Origin: a virus
Length of the DNA stretch: 64,000 nucleotides
Virus record (IMG/VR): IMGVR_UViG_3300044991_001618
Span: 48,964 to 112,963 of that record
Direction: 5' to 3' (one strand)
Every line of letters starts with the position of its first letter. The first letter of the stretch is position 1. Below, one piece after another: positions 1-9,496 of this stretch. Position numbers and translations under genes: made by a program. The notes beneath the pieces are model-generated. The model ran no database searches and was not told where the DNA came from. It was given only the letters and a program-made list of their open reading frames with translations.

Positions 1-229
1 AATTTGGTTCAGAATCCCAAGCTAATTTTTTAACATTAATAGATTTAAAATCATATTCATTTAAATATTTAACAAGAGAATCTTCTTTTGTATGGATAAT
101 AACCAATTCATCAAAATCATTTTCTTGTTTCTCCAATGACGCAATTGCTTTGGTGAAAAACATATCAAAGTCTTTAACTTTTGATGATTTAATTGGTAAT
201 ATAATTGATAGTGATAATTTTTTGCTCAT
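1..229 (-). CDS. Partial (runs off window) GT2-like glycosyltransferase N-terminus
   Basis: Manual translation from ATG at 229: MSKKLSLSIILPIKSSKVKDFDMFFTKAIASLEKQENDFDELVIIH..., a typical GT-A start (S-I-I-L-P ... E-L-V-I-I). Confidence 0.6.
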   Translation of the reverse strand, partial: MSKKLSLSIILPIKSSKVKDFDMFFTKAIASLEKQENDFDELVIIHTKEDSLVKYLNEYDFKSINVKKLAWDSEPN

Positions 230-230
230 T

Positions 231-1277
231 TTATAATTTGTTTAGTTGCTCTTGAAATGCGTTTATTCTATTATCAAAATATGAATTAAAACAATTGATA
301 ACTGTTGATGTGAATTTATCCTTATCTTTATACATATTAGATGTCTTTTCTATCTCTTCATATAGTTCAGGTGTTATACTGTCTTCCAACCAATTCTGAA
401 TAAATTCGGCAATATAATCAACCATTTTTAATTTGTCTTGTATCCAAATGCCGTTTTTATCATTCATCCATTCAGGTATTAAATCTGGTATTCTACCAAT
501 AACTGGAATACCACAAGCCATAGATTCTAATGGATATGTTCCAAAACCACTAATATCATCAATCCAAACGCTTAAAAAACAATTCTTTAAAGAATTAGCA
601 AATTCACTTTGGCTAAGACCCCTCATATCCCTAAATGTGAACCACCTAAATTGGGGGTATTTTAAATAAAATTGTTTAACAATATTAATTGTATCAGTCT
701 GCTCTCTTGTGTGAACAGCAATAATTGGCATTGGGGGTACTTTTGGTTTATCAAATAAATCTGAAATTACTGGGGTAATAATGTCATAAGACATTTTCTT
801 CATATATGAATCTAGTTCATCCTTTTGTTTTTCAGAAGTTGTTATACATTTTAAAAATCCTAATGAAGGCCAACTTTGCCCTGGTTGTAATGTATCTAAA
901 ACATAAGAGTAAGATTGCATCAATACAATTTTACCACAAGGCAAATCTTTTATTTGTTCCATAATAAATCCATATATTTCTGGAAGTACAATAAAATCTT
1001 CTGGACTAATTTCCAAATTCTCCCCCTCAATTGAACGGTGGGGTAATGAGGTCATATAACTTTCGTCAAGCCAAGAAGCAACACCTGAATAATCTTTCTT
1101 TTCGTGTAATATAATAGGATTGAAGCCGTTATCTTTTAATGATAATGCCACATCGTATATATATTTTATGGATGCCCTAGCATTTCCTTTTGTGTCTTGA
1201 GCCACAAAATAAATCCTTGATTTCTTATCTTTTAAGATATTTAAAGAATTTTCAATTTTTGGTTTAATATCATTCAT
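231..1277 (-). CDS. GT-B (GT4-like) glycosyltransferase
   Basis: C-terminal GFGTYPLESMACGIPVIG matches the GT4 E-x7-E/EAMACG region (first Glu replaced). Confidence 0.7.
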   Translation of the reverse strand: MNDIKPKIENSLNILKDKKSRIYFVAQDTKGNARASIKYIYDVALSLKDNGFNPIILHEKKDYSGVASWLDESYMTSLPHRSIEGENLEISPEDFIVLPEIYGFIMEQIKDLPCGKIVLMQSYSYVLDTLQPGQSWPSLGFLKCITTSEKQKDELDSYMKKMSYDIITPVISDLFDKPKVPPMPIIAVHTREQTDTINIVKQFYLKYPQFRWFTFRDMRGLSQSEFANSLKNCFLSVWIDDISGFGTYPLESMACGIPVIGRIPDLIPEWMNDKNGIWIQDKLKMVDYIAEFIQNWLEDSITPELYEEIEKTSNMYKDKDKFTSTVINCFNSYFDNRINAFQEQLNKL

Positions 1278-1278
1278 G

Positions 1279-1557
1279 TTAATATTTGTTTATTATCTTT
1301 TTGTTTAATAATGTATTAAATGCCAATTTAAATGGTAGAGTCAAGTTATTACCTGAACTTAATCCAAGTTTTTCATCAATGTCATCATTCTCTGTTAGAA
1401 TAACATCTAACATTAGTTTTACAAGTTCATATTTTATAATATTTATTTTTGTATCTGTTGTACCTGTTATTTCTATTGATGCAACTTCTGTCATATCAAC
1501 ATACTTTTCAACAATATCTAAATCAACATAATAATGTTCTCCTAAAATTTTTAACAT
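1279..1557 (-). CDS. Hypothetical protein
   Basis: 92-aa ORF tightly packed in the minus-strand operon. Confidence 0.7.
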   Translation of the reverse strand: MLKILGEHYYVDLDIVEKYVDMTEVASIEITGTTDTKINIIKYELVKLMLDVILTENDDIDEKLGLSSGNNLTLPFKLAFNTLLNKKIINKY

Positions 1558-2138
1558 AGTTCTAAAATTTTGTCTTTAAATTCTCTTAGTTTATTTATGC
1601 TATGTTTGGTTTTAATATTTTTATTGTATTCTTGTTCATACTTAATTATAACCAAATTGTTTGGCACATCTAATAATAGGTTAGGATTAGCCGTAAGTAA
1701 AACATCTATTGGTTTAATCATCTCATTTTTTGTTTGTTCGCTATAAAATTTGATATTTTCAATCAAACAAGAAAATTTTGATAAAAAGAACAATGTTGCT
1801 GGCTTTGATTTTCCAATTTCATCGGAAACAATAATAATCTCATGATTATCTCTCATATCCAAATAAAAATCATTCAAATCATTCATCCCTGTATATTCAA
1901 CAGATGCTGCATGCCCAAATATCTCCATTGGATGTTCAATGTATAAAAAATTATACAAATCATCATCCAATGGAAATTTAAAATGATTTAAAAGATTTAA
2001 GGAATCAATTGGGTAATTTATTTCATATTTAAATTCTGATTCATTATCTTCATTTGCAACATAAAACTTATCATAAACTTGTTCTATCTTCCCAAGAGTG
2101 TCCCTTAATATTCCATTTAAATCAATTGCTATTGTCAT
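1551..2138 (-). CDS. HAD-like 5'(3')-nucleotidase-related protein
   Basis: N-terminal IAIDLNGILRD resembles HAD motif I (DxD changed to DxN). Confidence 0.5.
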   Translation of the reverse strand: MTIAIDLNGILRDTLGKIEQVYDKFYVANEDNESEFKYEINYPIDSLNLLNHFKFPLDDDLYNFLYIEHPMEIFGHAASVEYTGMNDLNDFYLDMRDNHEIIIVSDEIGKSKPATLFFLSKFSCLIENIKFYSEQTKNEMIKPIDVLLTANPNLLLDVPNNLVIIKYEQEYNKNIKTKHSINKLREFKDKILELC

Positions 2139-2853
2139 ACTTTTTTAAAATTTTGCTTATGATGGGGTTTCTAACAATATCCTCACTATAAAATTCATGG
2201 TGAGCAATATCTGAGATGCCTTGTAATCTTTCCATAGCATCATATAATCCAGTTCCCCTCTTGTCTTTATATCTATCAGTTTGTTCCAAATCTCCAGATA
2301 TAAAGAATTTAGTATTAAAACCTATTCTTGTCAATAGTAATTTCATTTGATTTGGTGTGGTATTTTGTGCCTCTTCTAATACCAAGATGGTGTTGTCAAT
2401 GTTTAAACCCCTCATATAAGCAAGAGCCATAACCTCAATAACCTCCATATCCATTAATTTCTCACGGATATTTTTGCCAATTATTTTGTTAATTAAATAA
2501 AATGATGGATAAATATATGGATCCATCTTCTCATTTACATTTCCAGGTAACGCCCCTAGTTTCTCTTCTGCTTCAACTGCTGGTTTAACAATCACCAACT
2601 TGTCATATGTATTGCTGGGGTCTGCAAGTAAGTCAATGGCTGCTTTCATAGACATATAACTCTTTCCAGTTCCAGCAGGACCAATGCAAATTGTAATTTG
2701 GTTATTTAACAATTTGTCATAATAAACCACTTGATTGTCATTTAGGAATTTTTCTTTTGTTTTCTTTTTAAGTAAACTACAAATTTGGCTTTTCCTAGAT
2801 TGGGGAGCTAACTCAACCTCATCTTCTTTTTTCACAAATCTTCTTCTCGTCAT
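2122..2853 (-). CDS. phoH: PhoH family ATPase
   Basis: GPAGTGKS Walker A, LGALPG, AYMRG, EEAQN, LLTRIG, GDLEQTD, DIVRNP. Confidence 0.95.
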   Translation of the reverse strand: MTRRRFVKKEDEVELAPQSRKSQICSLLKKKTKEKFLNDNQVVYYDKLLNNQITICIGPAGTGKSYMSMKAAIDLLADPSNTYDKLVIVKPAVEAEEKLGALPGNVNEKMDPYIYPSFYLINKIIGKNIREKLMDMEVIEVMALAYMRGLNIDNTILVLEEAQNTTPNQMKLLLTRIGFNTKFFISGDLEQTDRYKDKRGTGLYDAMERLQGISDIAHHEFYSEDIVRNPIISKILKKYDNSN

Positions 2854-2887
2854 TAAGTTGTTTTTATTTAATAATAAATAATAGGAA

Positions 2888-3889
2888 CTAGAATTTAGTA
2901 GTCAAATTTTCATCATTAAATTTATGTAACCAATATTCTATCATTTCATCAAGCATTGTTTCAAATGTATATTTTGGTTGCCAGTTAATTGTTTTCCTTA
3001 ATTTTGTTGCATCTCCTTTTAAATCATATAGTTCTTCTGGTCTATAAAATTTTTCATCTTGTTTTACATAATCCATATAATTTAACCCCAAGTATGAAAA
3101 AACATATTCACACAATTCTCTAACAGAATGGGATACCCCTGTGGCACACACAAAGTCATCAGGATTATCTAATTGCAATATTGACCACATTGCCTCCACA
3201 TAATCTTTTGCGTGTCCCCAGTCCCTTGTAGCATCCAAATTACCCAAACTTAATGAATTAGCTAATCCCAATTTTATTTTAACTGCTTGTTTAACCACCT
3301 TGTTTGTTACAAAGTTTGTCCCCCTTCTTGGGGATTCGTGATTAAATAAAATCCCATTTGATATAAACATACCATATGAATTTCTATAATTTCTTGCAAT
3401 ATTATACCCAAATACTTTTGAACAACCATAGGGTGATACCGGATTTAAAGGCGTTGTTTCCCTTTGAAATCCATCAGCATCAATTGAATTACCAAACATT
3501 TCAGATGATGATGCCTGGTATATTTTAATTGACTTATCTACAAGTTTAACCGCTTCAAGTAAGTTTAAAACGCCAAGTCCAGTTGCATTTGCTGTGTAAA
3601 TGGGTTGGTCAAATGATATTCTTACATGAGATTGTGCTGCCAAATTATATATCTCATTAGGTCTAACATCTTGTATTACTCTAATTAATGATGATAAGTC
3701 AGTCAAATCAGCATAATGTAATTTTAACTTATCATATATATTATCCAATCTTGATGTTTGATTTTCTGCAACTGAATTTCTTTTCAATGTTCCATGAACT
3801 TCATATCCTTTCTCAATCAATAATTCTGCTAAGTATGATCCATCTTGACCATTTATCCCAGATATCAATGCTATTTTATTTTCTTGCAT
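2888..3889 (-). CDS. gmd: GDP-mannose 4,6-dehydratase (copy 2)
   Basis: GINGQDGSYLAE, NLAAQSHV, QASSSEMFG, SPYG, NHESPRRG, RDWGHA; start placed at MQENK (3889). Confidence 0.95.
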   Translation of the reverse strand: MQENKIALISGINGQDGSYLAELLIEKGYEVHGTLKRNSVAENQTSRLDNIYDKLKLHYADLTDLSSLIRVIQDVRPNEIYNLAAQSHVRISFDQPIYTANATGLGVLNLLEAVKLVDKSIKIYQASSSEMFGNSIDADGFQRETTPLNPVSPYGCSKVFGYNIARNYRNSYGMFISNGILFNHESPRRGTNFVTNKVVKQAVKIKLGLANSLSLGNLDATRDWGHAKDYVEAMWSILQLDNPDDFVCATGVSHSVRELCEYVFSYLGLNYMDYVKQDEKFYRPEELYDLKGDATKLRKTINWQPKYTFETMLDEMIEYWLHKFNDENLTTKF

Positions 3890-4778
3890 AAGTATAATTT
3901 TCAATAAACCACTCAACTGTTTCCTTCAACCCCTCCTCAATTGGGGTGAATTTAAAATCTGGTAAATATGACATCAATTTGCTATTATCAGATGGCTTTC
4001 TAAATTGTCCATCAGGTTTAGAATCATCAAATATTACCTTACCCTTAAAGTTAAAATAATTTACCAATAAGTCAACCAAATCTCTTATACTAATTTCAGA
4101 TGAGGGACTCAAAATAATTGGTTCAGATTCATTGTAATTATTTAAAACCCATTCACTTAATCTTGCAACATCTTTAACATAAATAAATTCTCTTAATGGT
4201 TTACCAGATCCCCAAACAATAAAATCAGTTTTTGTTTCTTTTGCCAAAAATAATTTATGAATTAACATAGGAATAACATGACCATGCTCTAATGAGAAAT
4301 TATCATTAGAACCATATATGTTTGTTGGTATTACTGATTTATAATTTAACCCATATTGTTCTCTATATGCCCTAATTTGTATATCTGCCATTCTCTTGGC
4401 ATAAGCATAGGGATAATTTGATGAATGAGGCTCACCCAAATGTATCTTCTTTTCAGTTAGGGGGTAATCAATATTATCTGGAAATACACAAGTGGATAAG
4501 AAACAAACCAAATTTTCAACTCCAACCTTCCTTGCTGATTCTATAACATTTGTGTTTATCATAATGTTATCATAGAAATATTCACCCTTATACTTCATAT
4601 TACCCCCAAGTCCACCAACTTTACCAGCACAATGAATAATATGTGTTGGTTTATGCTTTTCAAAGGCTTCATATGTAAGGTGGGGGTTTGTTAAATCAAT
4701 TTCACTTCCAATCTTAATATCTGATTTAATATGTGAACCAACTAAACCATATCCACCAGTTACTAACAATTTTAGCAT
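3876..4778 (-). CDS. fcl: GDP-L-fucose synthase
   Basis: TGGYGLVG, AGKVGG, LSTCVFP, YAYAKR, PTNIYG, HVIP, WGSGKPLREF, KPDGQFRK. Confidence 0.93.
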   Translation of the reverse strand: MLKLLVTGGYGLVGSHIKSDIKIGSEIDLTNPHLTYEAFEKHKPTHIIHCAGKVGGLGGNMKYKGEYFYDNIMINTNVIESARKVGVENLVCFLSTCVFPDNIDYPLTEKKIHLGEPHSSNYPYAYAKRMADIQIRAYREQYGLNYKSVIPTNIYGSNDNFSLEHGHVIPMLIHKLFLAKETKTDFIVWGSGKPLREFIYVKDVARLSEWVLNNYNESEPIILSPSSEISIRDLVDLLVNYFNFKGKVIFDDSKPDGQFRKPSDNSKLMSYLPDFKFTPIEEGLKETVEWFIENYTYARK

Positions 4779-4783
4779 ATAAA

Positions 4784-5782
4784 CTAATATTTTTTATTAT
4801 TAATCATTTTAGTAATCCTAACTTGTTCATCCCAATGCTCAATCATTTCATCCATTAACATTTCAAAAGTATATTCTGGCTTCCAACCAAATTCTTTTCT
4901 AATTTTAGTAGAATCACCTTTAAGATATTTTAATTCTTCAGGTCTCATAAATTCTTGGTCTTGGACAACATATAGATTATAATCAAGTTCTAGTTTAGTA
5001 AATACATAATCAATCATTTCTCTAACTGAATGAGTTTTCATTGTTGATACAACATAATCATCTGGTGTATTGTGGTTTAATAATAAGTGCATTGCTTTTA
5101 CATAATCTTTAGAATGACCCCAATCTCTATATGAATCCATATTGCCAATGACTAGTTTATTTGCTAATCCATGTTTTATTTCAAGAGCAGTTTTAATAAC
5201 TTTGCTTGTTACAAAATTGGATCCCCTTCTTGGGGATTCATGATTGAATAGTATTCCATTTACAGCATGTAATCCATAACCCCTTCTGTAACTTCTAACT
5301 AATGAATATGCAGATAATTTAGAACACCCATATGGTGATACTGGTATCATTGGTGTTGTTTCTCGTTGAAAGCCATCACTATCAACAGAGTTTCCAAACA
5401 TTTCTGATGATGATGCTTGATAAAATTTAGCATTTGGACAACTTCTTCTATAGGCTTCTAACATATTTAAAACACCATTTGAATTTGTTTGTAATGTAAA
5501 TTCTGGTATATCAAAACTTATTCTAACATGACTTTGTGCTGCTAAATTATATATTTCATCAGGTTGTATTTTATCTAATAATTTTTGTAAATTTGTTTGG
5601 TCTAAAACATCCCCATAATAAACATACATTCTATCTTTTATGGATTCAATACGGCTTTGTTGGTGTTCAGGTACTGAATTTCTTCTAACAATGCCATAAA
5701 CTTCATATCCTAAAGACAATAAATATTCTGATAAGTATGAGCCATCTTGCCCATTAATTCCTGTAATAAATGCTTTTTTCAT
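4784..5782 (-). CDS. gmd: GDP-mannose 4,6-dehydratase (copy 1)
   Basis: GINGQDGSYL, NLAAQSHV, NHESPRRG, RDWGH. Confidence 0.95.
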   Translation of the reverse strand: MKKAFITGINGQDGSYLSEYLLSLGYEVYGIVRRNSVPEHQQSRIESIKDRMYVYYGDVLDQTNLQKLLDKIQPDEIYNLAAQSHVRISFDIPEFTLQTNSNGVLNMLEAYRRSCPNAKFYQASSSEMFGNSVDSDGFQRETTPMIPVSPYGCSKLSAYSLVRSYRRGYGLHAVNGILFNHESPRRGSNFVTSKVIKTALEIKHGLANKLVIGNMDSYRDWGHSKDYVKAMHLLLNHNTPDDYVVSTMKTHSVREMIDYVFTKLELDYNLYVVQDQEFMRPEELKYLKGDSTKIRKEFGWKPEYTFEMLMDEMIEHWDEQVRITKMINNKKY

Positions 5783-5783
5783 A

Positions 5784-6383
5784 TTATTTTTTAAAAATTT
5801 TCATTTTAGTTAAATCAGGCCAATCAGTAACTACCCATTGCCTTGGTGGGGTATTGATTGCATCTTGTAATTTATTTAGTCCTAATTGTGCAATCTCAGG
5901 TGTCATATAATAATGAAATCCAAGAGTGTCTATATCTTGGTCTCTCCACGGTATGTTAGGTAATCTTCCATCATAAGACATTTTCTTTAATGAAATATAA
6001 TCAATTTCATTATCAAGTAAAATAATACCCCCTCTACCTAATGAAAGATGTTTTTGATATTGAAAACTAACACACATAAATGTGTTGGGAATATAACTAT
6101 TTTTTTTCCACAATACTGCTGCATCAATAATTCTTTTATCACCATAATTAAGTGTATAATAATTTTCCCAATCTTCATATCTCCATTCTAGTTCTATACC
6201 TATTTTTTCTGCCAAAAATGGTACAGACAAATATGTTCTTGTAGGTACATTAATTTTGGTTTCTTTAACATATCTTAAACATAATTCTAACCCATGTGTA
6301 CAACTATCAACAGCAACTGCATAAGAAGAACCAAAAAACTCTGATATTTTATTTTCAAAAGTTGAAACTACTTCAAAATTCAT
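5784..6383 (-). CDS. Short DegT/DnrJ/EryC1-like PLP-dependent sugar aminotransferase
   Basis: FE..F.G..YAVAVDSCT, IIDAA, SFQYQKHL..GRGG (PLP lysine); only 199 aa. Confidence 0.75.
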   Translation of the reverse strand: MNFEVVSTFENKISEFFGSSYAVAVDSCTHGLELCLRYVKETKINVPTRTYLSVPFLAEKIGIELEWRYEDWENYYTLNYGDKRIIDAAVLWKKNSYIPNTFMCVSFQYQKHLSLGRGGIILLDNEIDYISLKKMSYDGRLPNIPWRDQDIDTLGFHYYMTPEIAQLGLNKLQDAINTPPRQWVVTDWPDLTKMKIFKK

Positions 6384-7282
6384 TTTTTATCATTTAAATA
6401 GGTTTTAATATTGTTGTTATCATCACACCATTTAAGTGCGTATTGACCTTCTAACGGTCTTGAAAACATTGGATGGTAATGTTTGGCACACCCCTCAAAA
6501 AAATAATGATTGGCTTGAGTTAATCTAGTTTTATTAAAATCTGTAACACCTTCAACATTACAGCCACCATGCAACATATTTGAAGCCCATATTAAAGCTT
6601 GTCCTTTTTTTAAACTTACGTTTTTTTCAGAGGCTTTTTTACTTTTTATTAATTCAATTAAAAAATCTTCATATATTTTATAATTATTAGATTCCCCATT
6701 TTCAATAGTATCAGGGTGAGGTAAATTAAGATTATGGTATTCATATACTGGCCATTTATGACTACCCGGTATTATTTTTAAAGTGCCATTAGTTTCATCA
6801 ACATCTTCAAATGCTACCCACACACCAACCATCCAAAGATGTGGTATTGTGTGAAAATGTATTGTATCACTATGTAGTGGTTGATTACTACCTTTAATAA
6901 AATTAATAGTTGAAAATGGAAATGGCGTTTTTCCATATAAATAACTAAGAGTATTAATAATTTTAGGGTGTATTGTTAAATTAGCAATTGAGTCACTTTT
7001 TTTCCAATGTTCAAATATTCTTTTACTTTCTGTATATTGAAAGTGGTCAGCATGATATGTAGTATTTTCATTATTTAGTGCACTATACGTGTCATTTACT
7101 ATTGGTAATATATCATCATCAGTTAATTCTAAATCAATAATAAGATAACCATTTTCATTATAAAATTTACAATTTTCTTTTTGTTTATTGGTTAGCCCTG
7201 AATCATCCAATAATTCGTGAAAAAATGGTGATTCAATCCATGGAATGTCTAATGAGTTGTTTGATGGTTTAAAATTATTCAT
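6380..7282 (-). CDS. PhyH-family Fe(II)/2-oxoglutarate dioxygenase
   Basis: HSD, GVWVAFED.DETNGTLKIIPGSH, MLHGG, distal R. Confidence 0.88.
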   Translation of the reverse strand: MNNFKPSNNSLDIPWIESPFFHELLDDSGLTNKQKENCKFYNENGYLIIDLELTDDDILPIVNDTYSALNNENTTYHADHFQYTESKRIFEHWKKSDSIANLTIHPKIINTLSYLYGKTPFPFSTINFIKGSNQPLHSDTIHFHTIPHLWMVGVWVAFEDVDETNGTLKIIPGSHKWPVYEYHNLNLPHPDTIENGESNNYKIYEDFLIELIKSKKASEKNVSLKKGQALIWASNMLHGGCNVEGVTDFNKTRLTQANHYFFEGCAKHYHPMFSRPLEGQYALKWCDDNNNIKTYLNDKK

Positions 7283-7805
7283 AGTTCATAAGTTTTTTAG
7301 CACTTTCTAATATTTGTTTTGAATCTCTCGTTTTGATTGGTTTTGCTGGTGATCCAGCATATACTGTCCAAGGTTCTGTATCTTTAGTAACAACAGACCC
7401 AGCTCCAACTATTGACCCTTCACCTAATGTTACACCAGGTAAAACAGTACAATTAACACCTAAAGTAGAGTATCTTTTAAATATTACTGGTTTATTTATG
7501 ACCATTCGATGTTCTAATGGAACAACAGGCGATATTAATCCTTGAGTAAAATCATCACTTGCGCAGACAATTCTACTTCCAGAACCAATGTTAGTAAAAT
7601 CTTCCATAACAATTAATGCTGGCGCACCACCTATAATTGAAACACTTGGTGCAATATGAATATAATCCCCCAATATTGCTTGAGTTGATATATAAGTCCA
7701 CATATCAATTGCTACATGATTACCTATTTCAACTAATTCAGGTCTTGATATTATTGCTAAATTACTAACCCTAACATCTTTCCCCACTTTTTTTAATTTT
7801 TTCAT
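7275..7805 (-). CDS. Hexapeptide-repeat acyltransferase
   Basis: Left-handed beta-helix repeats, VLPGVTLGEGSIVGAGSVVTKD...GSPAK. Confidence 0.88.
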   Translation of the reverse strand: MKKLKKVGKDVRVSNLAIISRPELVEIGNHVAIDMWTYISTQAILGDYIHIAPSVSIIGGAPALIVMEDFTNIGSGSRIVCASDDFTQGLISPVVPLEHRMVINKPVIFKRYSTLGVNCTVLPGVTLGEGSIVGAGSVVTKDTEPWTVYAGSPAKPIKTRDSKQILESAKKLMNYE

Positions 7806-7814
7806 TTTTTATAT

Positions 7815-8465
7815 TTATAATCCACCATTTATTTTTAAATTACCACCACAAAAATATTCATTTTCTATAATATAATCAATAGTATTATATAATTCTTCAG
7901 TTTTACCAAACCTTTTTAAACCTATTTTTTCTTTTGCAATATCTTGATATTTAGATTCAACTCTATCACCCATTCCACCATCCCAATATCCTAGTTGTAT
8001 TGTATTACATGTTATTCCATGTTTTATATTTTCTTTATTAGCAACCGAAATTAATCTATCCAAAAAAGCTTTTGATGCACAATATAATGAATTTTTAGGT
8101 ACATTCATTTCAGAAAAAATTGAAGATATTGATATCACTCTACCCCATTTATTTTTAATCATATTTGGTAAGCATCCAGAAAGTATATTTATATTACCTT
8201 TTATGTTTACATTCAACATATCATCAATTTCTTTATAATCATCCTCAGTAATACTATTTAAAAATACATCATATTTTTTACCTGACATATTTAAAACAAT
8301 ATCTACTTGATTTTCATTAAAAAAATTATTTACTTCTTTTGGGTTTGTTACATCAACGTCTTTACTACTTAAATCAATTACTTCATATTTTTTTTTAAGA
8401 AATGGTACTAATTTAGTTCCAAGACCACCTTTTCCACCAAAAACAACTATTTTTTTCATAATCAT
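7815..8465 (-). CDS. SDR oxidoreductase, FabG-like
   Basis: GGKGGLG, GRVISISS, YCASK. Confidence 0.85.
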   Translation of the reverse strand: MIMKKIVVFGGKGGLGTKLVPFLKKKYEVIDLSSKDVDVTNPKEVNNFFNENQVDIVLNMSGKKYDVFLNSITEDDYKEIDDMLNVNIKGNINILSGCLPNMIKNKWGRVISISSIFSEMNVPKNSLYCASKAFLDRLISVANKENIKHGITCNTIQLGYWDGGMGDRVESKYQDIAKEKIGLKRFGKTEELYNTIDYIIENEYFCGGNLKINGGL

Positions 8466-9406
8466 TGATTATACTTAATTATCATTGAACCCCAAGCCCA
8501 ACCAGCACCAACAGCTGATAATAATATATTATCACCATAAGTTATTTCACCTGATTTAATTGCATCATCTAAAGCAATTGGTATTGATGCACCTGCAATA
8601 TTACCATATTTATCCATTATTGTTTTTACTTTATGCATTGGTAAACCAACATCTTTTGCAACCAACTTTAATATATTAATACTAGGTTGATGTGGTACTA
8701 ACATATTAATATCATCAGCTGTTAAATTAGCTTCTTTTAAAACACTTTTAATTGATTCAGGTAATACTTTAGTTGCTTGTTCCCAAACTTCTTTGCCTAC
8801 CATTTCAAATGGTTTATCTAATGGCATTCTAAAACCTGTCATACCAGTACCTTTACCATTAGACAATATTTCACTTACCATCCAACTATTATCTGAGGGT
8901 CCTAAAACTACAGCTCCAGCACCATCGCCAAAAAATACACAATGACGATTATTTAAGTTAGTATGTTTAGAATATGTTTCACTAGCAACAATTAATATAT
9001 TTTTATATATACCAGTACTAATTAATGTTGATGCAAATGACATAGCATAGACAAACCCAGCACAAACTGCATTAATATCAAATGATGGTACATTTTTTTC
9101 AATATCTAATTTATTATGTAAAACACATGCAGTTGATGGTGATATTTGATCAGGACTAGAAGTAACTACTATAATTAAATCTAAATCTTCTTTATTTATG
9201 TTAGCCGATTCTAAAGCATTTATGGCAGCATAGTAAGCTAAATCAGAAGTTTTCTCATCAGCAATAAATCTTCTTTCTAAAATACCTAATTTTTGTTCAA
9301 CCCATTCTGGTGTTGTGTCTATGTTTTTACATAGTTCACTATTACTCACAACCCTATTAGGTAGATAAGACCCAGTACCAATTATTGTTACTTTATCACT
9401 CTTCAT
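8462..9406 (-). CDS. fabH: 3-oxoacyl-ACP synthase III family (FabH-like)
   Basis: GTGSYLP, AVCAGF (Cys), FGDGAGA, VPHQ (His), YGN (Asn), GAGWAWG. Confidence 0.9.
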   Translation of the reverse strand: MKSDKVTIIGTGSYLPNRVVSNSELCKNIDTTPEWVEQKLGILERRFIADEKTSDLAYYAAINALESANINKEDLDLIIVVTSSPDQISPSTACVLHNKLDIEKNVPSFDINAVCAGFVYAMSFASTLISTGIYKNILIVASETYSKHTNLNNRHCVFFGDGAGAVVLGPSDNSWMVSEILSNGKGTGMTGFRMPLDKPFEMVGKEVWEQATKVLPESIKSVLKEANLTADDINMLVPHQPSINILKLVAKDVGLPMHKVKTIMDKYGNIAGASIPIALDDAIKSGEITYGDNILLSAVGAGWAWGSMIIKYNQ

Positions 9407-9496
9407 TTATAGAAATGTTTTATCTAATTCTTACCTTTTGCAGAAATCTGTTTTATATTCATATACTAATACCCAACTTTCTTGGATAATTACATT
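9407..9496 (-). pseudogene. Internally deleted relic of the cupin gene at 10122-10535
   Basis: Reverse strand reads NVIIQESWV-LVYEYKTDFCKR*ELDKTFL*, versus NVIAQESWV...LVYEYKTGPYEGQEFDKTFIL in the cupin; 23-bp identity between 9448-9470 and 10166-10188. Confidence 0.8.
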
